From positions 1,736,001-1,800,000 of the forward strand of contig JABVCE010000003.1 in assembly GCA_014905635.1 (NCBI GenBank): a stretch of DNA of 64,000 bases, in the 5' to 3' direction. Below the pieces are notes generated by a model. It was given only the letters and a program-made list of their open reading frames with translations. It was not told where the DNA came from and made no database searches. Origin of the DNA: Scenedesmus sp. PABB004. Its lineage: Eukaryota. Position 1 is the first letter of the stretch. Every line of letters starts with the position of its first letter. The position numbers were made by a program, and so were the translations under genes. Positions 57,701-64,000 of this stretch are shown piece by piece.

Positions 57701-58023
57701 GCACACCAGCACGCACGCACGCGCGCGCAGCCTGTTCCTGGTCGTCGTGTACCTCCGCGATCTGCCCTGGGTCTACTCCAGCGAGGTGACCGTCATCGTC
57801 GCCTGCACGCTCGCCGTCGGCTGGCTCGGTGCGCCGCCGCGCCGCCGCCGCGCCGCCGCGCGTGCGCGCGCGCGCCGCCTCGACCCGACCCGCGCGCGCC
57901 GCGCCGCCGCCAGGCTGGAGCCGCTCGTCGTTCCAATCGGGATGGGCGCTTCCTGTTATGGCGCTCTACCCGCTGGCTCTCGGGGGCGTCTACGCGCTCG
58001 ACACCTTCCTGGGCTGGCAGTGA
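54728..58023 (+). CDS. NCL: EF-hand-containing Na+/Ca2+ exchanger-like protein (NCL/EF-CAX) with an N-terminal MinC C-terminal-like domain (alternative ATG 54830)
   Basis: GAKLLSDGSELLLE...GIIGGVVLPVLGALPDSLIIL, GTLAGSTVLLL...GRCDL, two EF-hands (DADRSGAIDARE, DRDADARISYDE), FSDPLVDAL, PLASNSSE, YGAVTINNTMCL; upstream VVLLGDLPAGARVVAGGDVIVLGT|LAGAAEAG; about 9 introns. Confidence 0.9.
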
Positions 58024-58434
58024 CAGACATTGCGACAGCGCGGCGGCGCGGGGCTCAGGGCGGCGGCGGCGGTGCTGTGTGACCGCGCCGCTGATGAAAA
58101 CCATTCGATTGACCAGAGCGGCACGCTCAGGAGCGCAGACCAGCCGCCCAGGCGCAGCAGCAGGGCGCGGCAGCGGCAGTTGGTGCGGGCAAGTCGCCCC
58201 CCGCGCCGGCGCCGCCAGGCCCCGACCGGCGTGCGAGCGGGTGCGCAGGTGCGCAGTCGAGGCAGGAGCAGCGACGTGGCGCCCGGCGTGGCGCCAGCGC
58301 GCGCCGCCGCGACCGGCGCGCCGGCGTCGCGCGCCGCTGCTGGCGCAGGCCCCGGTGCGCAATCGTCCTGGCCCCGTCTCGAGCCCGCGTGTCCAACACC
58401 GACAACGACAGGCTGGCTCAGTGAGGGCGGCGGC

Positions 58435-59280
58435 ATGTCGTTGCTGCGGGCGTGGGCGTACCCGCTGCAGGGCCTGGTCCTGCTCGCGACGCGGCGGGAG
58501 CTGCTGCGCCTGGTGCTGCGCTTCCTGGTCATCGTCACCGCTGCGTCGGCCGCCACGGCGGCCGCCTGGGTCTGGCTCCTCTGGGCGCCGCACGCCGCGC
58601 TGGTCAGCCGCGTGCTCGACCCAAGCTCCCTGCTCGCGCGTGCCGTCGTGCTGGTGGTGCTGCTGGCAGAGGCGGCGCTGCCGGTGGCGCTCATCTACCA
58701 GCGCCGCCTCGAGCGCCTGCAGCGCGGCCTCTTTGACGCCACGCTCGCGCTGCAGGGCGTGACCGCGGTCGCGCCGCTGCACCCCGACGACGCCGCGGCG
58801 CTGCGCACGGAGCTCGCGCGCCGCGACGCCGAGGCGGCGGCCGCGGCGGCCGCGGCCGCGGCGGCCGGCCCCGCGGCCCGCGCCGCGCGCGCCGCCGCGG
58901 CGTTTGCGGCGCGCCTGCTGCTCGGCGGCCCCGGGCCGGGCGAGGGCGTGCTGGCGCGCAAGGCGCGCGACCTCGCGACGCTCGGCGTGTCGCTGTGCCT
59001 GCCGGTGCTGCTGCCGGTGCTGCTGCTGCGCGACAGCTCGGCCGAGGGCGCGCGCCTGCTGGCGCCCTACCTCGAGCGCAAGGGCGCCGCCAGCGACGCG
59101 GCGCAGCACGTGCTGGGCGCGCGGCGCGGCGCGGAGCAGCGCGCGTTTGGCCTCACGGCGGCGTGCCTCGGCTCCGTGCCGCTGCTGAGCTGGGCGCTGG
59201 CGTGCAGCAACAGCGTCGGCGCGGGGCTCTACGCCGCCGAGCTGGAGCGCAAGCACGTGCGCTTCTTCCGGCGGCACTGA
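58435..59280 (+). CDS. EI24/CysZ-like (RRT8/LDS-like) membrane protein, intronless
   Basis: AWAYPLQGL..LATRREL at the N-terminus; several TM helices; C-terminal YLERKG...RAFGL...LGSVPLLSW...SNSVGAGLYAAELE. Confidence 0.65.
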   Translation: MSLLRAWAYPLQGLVLLATRRELLRLVLRFLVIVTAASAATAAAWVWLLWAPHAALVSRVLDPSSLLARAVVLVVLLAEAALPVALIYQRRLERLQRGLFDATLALQGVTAVAPLHPDDAAALRTELARRDAEAAAAAAAAAAAGPAARAARAAAAFAARLLLGGPGPGEGVLARKARDLATLGVSLCLPVLLPVLLLRDSSAEGARLLAPYLERKGAASDAAQHVLGARRGAEQRAFGLTAACLGSVPLLSWALACSNSVGAGLYAAELERKHVRFFRRH

Positions 59281-59551
59281 GCCTGCGCGCAACGAGCCGC
59301 GCCGGGGTGCAACGGCCCGCAGGCCCCGGGGCGCAAGCGGCTGACGCCCGCGCCGGTGCAACCAAGCTGGCGGCGCCGCCGACAGTTCGTTCAGCCGCAC
59401 CGTCGCGACCTCCCGCGCAACGCGCAGCCAGCCGCAGGCCCGCCGCAGCCACCGCCGCCGAGAGCCGCCGCTGCCGCTGCTGATGGCGGCGCGCCGCGTG
59501 CCGGCAGCCCGCGCGTAGCAGCCGTCCGCCCGTCGAGGGCTCCCGGGGGCC

Positions 59552-60396
59552 ATGAGCGGCCGGGACGCGATCATCCTGGACGACGTGTTCGAGGTGATCC
59601 AGAAAGACCCCGATGGCAAAAAGTTCGACCGAGGTGCGCCGCGCTCGCGCCCCTGCGCCGGCGGCGCGACGGGACTCCACCGCGCCGCCGCGCTCGCAGC
59701 CGCGGCCGCGGCGCACGCCGACGCCGGGGCGCGCCGCGGCGGCCGCCGCTGCCGGCTGCTGCTGCGCAGTCTCGCGCTTCGTGTGCCGCTCCGAGCTCTA
59801 CGAGTTCGACCTGGCGCTGGACATCAACATAGACATCTACCCGCTCAAGGTGGGCCAGCGGCAGCAGCGCCGGGCAGCGGACGGGCAGGGCCGCCACGCC
59901 GCCCGCACCGCTGCGGCTGCTGAGCGGCGCGCCCCGCCCCTGCCCCCGTGCGCGCAGGTGGGGGACAAGTTCAACCTCGTGCTGGCGACCACCATCCACC
60001 GCGACGGCACGCCGGAGACGGGAAAGTACGACGAGGTGCGCCGGAGCGGCGGGGAGCTCGCAGCGGCGGCGGCAGCGGCGGCGGCGGCAAGGGCGAGCTC
60101 CCAGCCAGCAGCGGCGCGGCGCGGCCGCGCGCCCACGCCCGCCGCGCCCGCCCGTGCCCCCCCAGAACTTTCCCACGCTGAGCAAGCGGGAGACGCTGAT
60201 GGACGAGTTTGAGTACGTGATGCACGGCCTGGTCTACAAGTACAGCAGCAGCGGCGGCGGCGGCGGCGGCGGGGCGCTGCGCGTGGAGGTGTACGTGAGC
60301 TTTGGGGGGCTGCTGATGAAGCTCAAGGGCGACCCAGCCAAGCTCTCCGTGCTCACGGTCGACTCCAAGACCTACCTCCTCATGCGCCGCGTGTGA
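59552..60396 (+). CDS. RPB8: DNA-directed RNA polymerases I, II and III shared subunit RPB8 (RPABC3)
   Basis: DDVFEV...DPDGKKFDR|VSRF, LDINIDIYPL, DEFEYVMHG, VYVSFGGLLMKLKGD, YLLMRRV; 3 introns. Confidence 0.96.
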
Positions 60397-60665
60397 GGGA
60401 GGGAGGGAGGGAGGGCCGGGAGGCCGAGCACCGCGGTCGCCCAAGACGTGCGCGAGGGCCAGCCCTGGTGTCGCACCGCCGGGCGCCCAGCCGCGGCGGC
60501 GGCCCCTGCCCGTGCGAGGGCCGAGCGCCCGCGCGGGCGGCCGCGGCGCGCGCGACGCCGGCCAGGCGGGCGCAGCACCGAGATGTGCTGTGCGCGGGGC
60601 GCGCGCGGCGCGCGGGGCACGCGGCGGCAGGGACAGCGGGCTCCGCACACGCGGCCCGCGGGTCT

Positions 60666-60670
60666 TTACA
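60666..60670 (-). promoter_or_regulatory. Candidate TGTAA polyadenylation signal for RSP11
   Basis: TTACA on the plus strand, about 23 nt beyond the minus-strand stop at 60693. Confidence 0.4.
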
Positions 60671-60692
60671 TGTGCTGCGCGGCGCGCCTGCC

Positions 60693-61454
60693 TCAGGCGG
60701 CGAGGCGCTGCGCGAGCCCGGGGATGGCCAGCAGGCCCTGGTAGTCGGTGCGCTCCTGCCCCCCCAGCGCCGCCGCCGCCTCGTCCAGCAGGCCGGGGCC
60801 GAGGCTGCGGTCGAGCGCGGCGAGGTGGCGCAGCGCGGCCAGCACCGTCGCGCCGTCCAGCGTCGCCGCCGCGCCGGGCGCAGCGTCGCCGAGCACCTCA
60901 AACGTGGCGCGCAGCGTCGCGCCGAGGCCGTCGCAGCTGAGCGCCAGCAGCAGCAGCAGCGCCTGCACGACCGGCACGGGCGCCGAGGTCGGGACGCGCG
61001 CCGCCGCCAGCACGGGCGCCAGCGTGCTCGGCGCGGCGCCCGCCGCCGCGAGCGCGGCCTCCAGGTCGGCCGCCGGCACCGCGTCGGCGCCGCCCAGGGC
61101 GAGCCGCACAGCGCGCAACTGCGCGACACTGGGCGGCGCGCCGCGCGCGGCCACGCCCGCCGCCGCGGCGTCGGCAAAGTAGTTGGCCGCGAACGAGAGC
61201 AGGTCGGTCGGGCGGCTCCGAATGGCCGCCTTGGTGAACACGCGGAGCACGTCAGCGAGGTCGGGAGGCACTGCGATCTGCGTGCGGAGGCGGCGCGACG
61301 CCGGCGCGGCCAGCAGCACGGGCGGCGCGCGTGAGTGGCACGTGGCCAGCCAGCTGGGAGCGGTAGAAGGGGCGGGTGCAGCAGCTGCGTGGGCGGGGCC
61401 TCTGGAAGCCCGGCGCGCCTGCTCGGCGCAGAACAGTAGCGCGACGTCCGCCAT
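60693..61454 (-). CDS. RSP11: RIIa dimerisation/docking-domain protein, radial spoke protein 11 / ropporin-1-like
   Basis: MADVALLFCAEQ|IAVPPDLADVLRVFTKAAIRSRPTDLLSFAANYF after removing GC-AG intron 61278-61418. Confidence 0.8.
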   Translation of the reverse strand: MADVALLFCAEQARRASRGPAHAAAAPAPSTAPSWLATCHSRAPPVLLAAPASRRLRTQIAVPPDLADVLRVFTKAAIRSRPTDLLSFAANYFADAAAAGVAARGAPPSVAQLRAVRLALGGADAVPAADLEAALAAAGAAPSTLAPVLAAARVPTSAPVPVVQALLLLLALSCDGLGATLRATFEVLGDAAPGAAATLDGATVLAALRHLAALDRSLGPGLLDEAAAALGGQERTDYQGLLAIPGLAQRLAA

Positions 61455-61695
61455 GCTGCAGCAGCTGCAGGCGCCTGAATAGGGCGGAGATGCGGGCGCG
61501 GGATGACGGCGCAGAGGCGTGGAGGGCGCGAGGAGTGGCGCGGAGGCGTCGGGGGCGGACCGCGGCGGCAGCGCGCGTCAAAGTTGACCGAGCAGTTGAC
61601 CGCGCAGCAAGATCACACAGCACCGCGCCGCCGATCACGGGCAGGCGCGTTCGCGGGCCACAGCACCCCCCCCCCCCCCCGGATCCGGCCCCCCA

Positions 61696-64000
61696 TCAGT
61701 CGTCGTGCGCGAGCGCGCCCTGCAGCGCGTGCAGCACGCTGGGGTCGCGCACGACCGCGGCGAAGAGCGCCTGCACGCTGCCGCCGCGGTTGATCACGTG
61801 CTCCTGCAGCCAGGGCTGCGTGCGCGCGGGGATGAACAGATCCACGCGCGTCGCGACGTACCCCGGCGCGCCCCCGCCGCCCCCGCTGCTGCTGCTGGCA
61901 CCTGCCTGCTGCTTCTGCTTCTGCTTCTGCTTCTGCTGCTGCGGCTTCTCCTGCTTCTGCTTCTGCTGCTGCTTCTGCTGCTGCTGCGGCTTCTCCTGCG
62001 GCTTCTCGTGCGGCTGCTGCTGCTGCTTCAGCTGCTGCTTCTGCTGCGCGCCGCCAGCCTGCTTGGCCGCCGCCGCCGCCGCGGCCGGGCCGGCGGGCGG
62101 CGGCTCCGGCGCGGCGGCCATGAGCGCGCCCACGAGCGGGCGGTGCTCGAGCCACCAGCGCAGCGAGCGGCTGTCCGCGCCGTCGAGCAGCACCGCCGGG
62201 ATGTCGGGCTCGCGCCCCGTGTCGTCGCCGGCCATGGTCAGCAGCTCGCCGCGCGGCGCGAGGTTGAGCACCACCAGGCCCACCGCGCCCGCCGCCTGCA
62301 CGGCCATGGCCTTGTCCAGGAAGCTGCACCCGCCGCGGCTCACCACCGCCAGCGCGCCCGCCAGCGACGCGGTGTTGGCCGGCCGGCCGCAGCCGCTCAG
62401 CGGCTCCGCCAGCACCAGCGGCGCGGCGCGCGGGAGGTGGCTCACAGGCGGCAGGCCCGCGCAGCCGCGCCCCGGGTGCGCAAACGCCTGTGCGTGCAGC
62501 CACGTGCTGGCGGGCTCCGACGACGTGGCACGAAAGCCCACGCAGCCCTCGCGCAGCGCCGCGCTGGCGAGGTCGGCGGCGCTCAGCTCCGGCGGCGGCG
62601 CCGAGCACGGCAGGTCAAAGTCGTCATCACCGTCGTCCTGCGCCTGCTGCGCCTGCTGCGCCTGCTGCGCGTCGCCGTGCTCGTTGCTGCTGCGGCCGCT
62701 GCTGCTGCTGCTGCTGCTGCCGCTGCTGCTGCTGCTCCCGTCCTCATCGCCGCCGCCGCCGGCGCGCGCGGCGGCCAGGTGCGCCTGCAGCGCCCTGCAC
62801 ACGGCCGCGGAGGGCGTGGCGCCCGCCCAGCGGTCCGCCGCGCGCGCCGCCGCGAGCCAGGGCGTGTCGCGGGGGCGGCCGCCCGTCGGCGGCCGCGCGC
62901 CCGCCGGCAGCCAGGGCGGCGGGCGGCCCGGCTGCACGAGCGGGCAGTCGGGCAGCAGCGCGAGGCGGTGCCGCGGCTCCGCGAGGTGGTCAAGGCACGC
63001 CCCCGGCAGCGCCGGCAGGCGCGGGCCGAACGACGCCTCCGCCGCCGCGTACTCGAGCGTCGCCGGGGCGCCGTCCTCGCCCGTGAGCGCCGCGAGCAGC
63101 ACCGCCTGCGCCGTGGCGGGCTCGCCGCCGACCGCGGTCAGCTGCAGCACCAGCGCGCCCGGCGGCAGCCCGATCGCGCTGTCGAGCGCGGAGAGGCGGC
63201 GGATGGCGCCGGCGCAGCCGACGGCGCCGTCGCGCACGCGCAGCATGCACAGCACCTGCGCCAGCACCGTGCCGCCCGCGACCGACGCCTGCGCGGGGTC
63301 GGGCCCCGACCCCGCCTCCGCGGCCTGCCCAAAGTTGAGCCGCGCGAGGCGCACGGCGAGGCTGTCGGGCGGCGACGCCGCGAGCGCGGCGCTCGTGGCG
63401 AGGCACGCGCGGCAGCGCCGGTACCTGCGCGGCGCGGCGCGCGGCGCGTGGCGCAAGCGCAGCGCGGCGCGTGGCGCGTGGCGCGGCGCGTGGCGCGGCG
63501 CGTGACGCGGGCGCAGCGGGTGCCGCGCGCCGGCAGGCGCCGGGCGCGGCGCGCGGCGCGCGGCGCGCGGCCCGCGCGCGGCGCCGCACCGTATGCGCCG
63601 GCTGTACACGCGCCGCACGGGCAGCAGCGGCAGCGCCGCGCGCAGCCGCGCCTCGTACCCTGCCTCCTCCGCCTCGCTGCGCACCGCGCACAGCGGCCGG
63701 CAGTTGGACGGCAGCGAGTCGAGCGGCCGGCCCGCCGCCAGGCTCGGCGCGTCGCCGCCCGCGCCGGCCTGCTGCGTCCGCTGCTCCGCCTGCTGCTGCT
63801 GCTGCTTCTGCTGTTGCTGCGGCTGCTGCTGCTGCGCCTGCTGCTCCTGCTGCACCTCTGGCGGCCGCGCGTCGCTGCGCGGCTCCTGCTCCTCGCCTCC
63901 ACCGCCGCCGCCGCCGCCCGACCGCGCCGCCTGCTCCGCCGCCTCGTCCTCGGCGTAGGGGTCGGCGTCGCCGCCGTCGCCGTCGCACGCCGGCCCGCAG
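61696..64000 (-). CDS. 3' part of a PA (protease-associated) domain protein, possibly the C-terminus of an EDEM3-like GH47 mannosidase; 5' end lies outside the window
   Basis: PLVLAEPLSGCG...LAVVSRGGCSFLDKAMAVQAAGAVGLVVLN...MAGDD...PDIPAVLL; Q-rich inserts; intron about 63425-63590. No catalytic domain is visible in the window. Confidence 0.7.
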   Translation of the reverse strand, partial: CGPACDGDGGDADPYAEDEAAEQAARSGGGGGGGGEEQEPRSDARPPEVQQEQQAQQQQPQQQQKQQQQQAEQRTQQAGAGGDAPSLAAGRPLDSLPSNCRPLCAVRSEAEEAGYEARLRAALPLLPVRRVYSRRIRCGAARGPRAARRAPRPAPAGARHPLRPRHAPRHAPRHAPRAALRLRHAPRAAPRRYRRCRACLATSAALAASPPDSLAVRLARLNFGQAAEAGSGPDPAQASVAGGTVLAQVLCMLRVRDGAVGCAGAIRRLSALDSAIGLPPGALVLQLTAVGGEPATAQAVLLAALTGEDGAPATLEYAAAEASFGPRLPALPGACLDHLAEPRHRLALLPDCPLVQPGRPPPWLPAGARPPTGGRPRDTPWLAAARAADRWAGATPSAAVCRALQAHLAAARAGGGGDEDGSSSSSGSSSSSSSGRSSNEHGDAQQAQQAQQAQDDGDDDFDLPCSAPPPELSAADLASAALREGCVGFRATSSEPASTWLHAQAFAHPGRGCAGLPPVSHLPRAAPLVLAEPLSGCGRPANTASLAGALAVVSRGGCSFLDKAMAVQAAGAVGLVVLNLAPRGELLTMAGDDTGREPDIPAVLLDGADSRSLRWWLEHRPLVGALMAAAPEPPPAGPAAAAAAAKQAGGAQQKQQLKQQQQPHEKPQEKPQQQQKQQQKQKQEKPQQQKQKQKQKQQAGASSSSGGGGGAPGYVATRVDLFIPARTQPWLQEHVINRGGSVQALFAAVVRDPSVLHALQGALAHDD

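Noticed and set aside
58091..58125. CTGATGA followed by an A run, as a hammerhead ribozyme core or C/D snoRNA box
   Set aside because: No stem II followed by GAAA and no properly placed D box with a terminal stem; more likely ordinary 3' UTR sequence.

Overview
Extremely GC-rich, compact, intron-rich eukaryotic nuclear DNA, most consistent with a chlorophyte green alga (Sphaeropleales-like; inferred from gene content, short GC-rich GT/GC-AG introns with CTGAC/CTCAC branch motifs, and TGTAA poly(A) signals). Most long ORFs in the supplied track are GC artefacts, so I rebuilt the spliced genes by eye. About 25 protein-coding genes are supported: a five-CAP-domain protein, a GNAT, an NPK1/ANP-type MAPKKK, a CGF/UreH-like membrane protein, a signal-peptide zinc deaminase, GPKOW/MOS2, ERGIC3, tectonic, SRP54, a rubredoxin-like protein, a subtilase, a GRF/CCHC zinc-finger protein, aprataxin, a PHIP1-like RRM protein, a CAMKL kinase, cystinosin, DUF3754, a MinC_C-NCL exchanger fusion, an EI24-like protein, RPB8, RSP11, a partial PA-domain protein and three uncharacterised genes. 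I saw no tRNA, rRNA, CRISPR array or autonomous transposon. Most notable observations: a MinC C-terminal-like domain fused in-exon to an EF-hand Na+/Ca2+ exchanger; about 13 GC-AG introns; an inverted dispersed repeat lying between two divergent gene pairs; an apparently secreted deaminase; and a 1-nt intron shift among duplicated CAP domains. All family calls come from motif recognition, not database searches.
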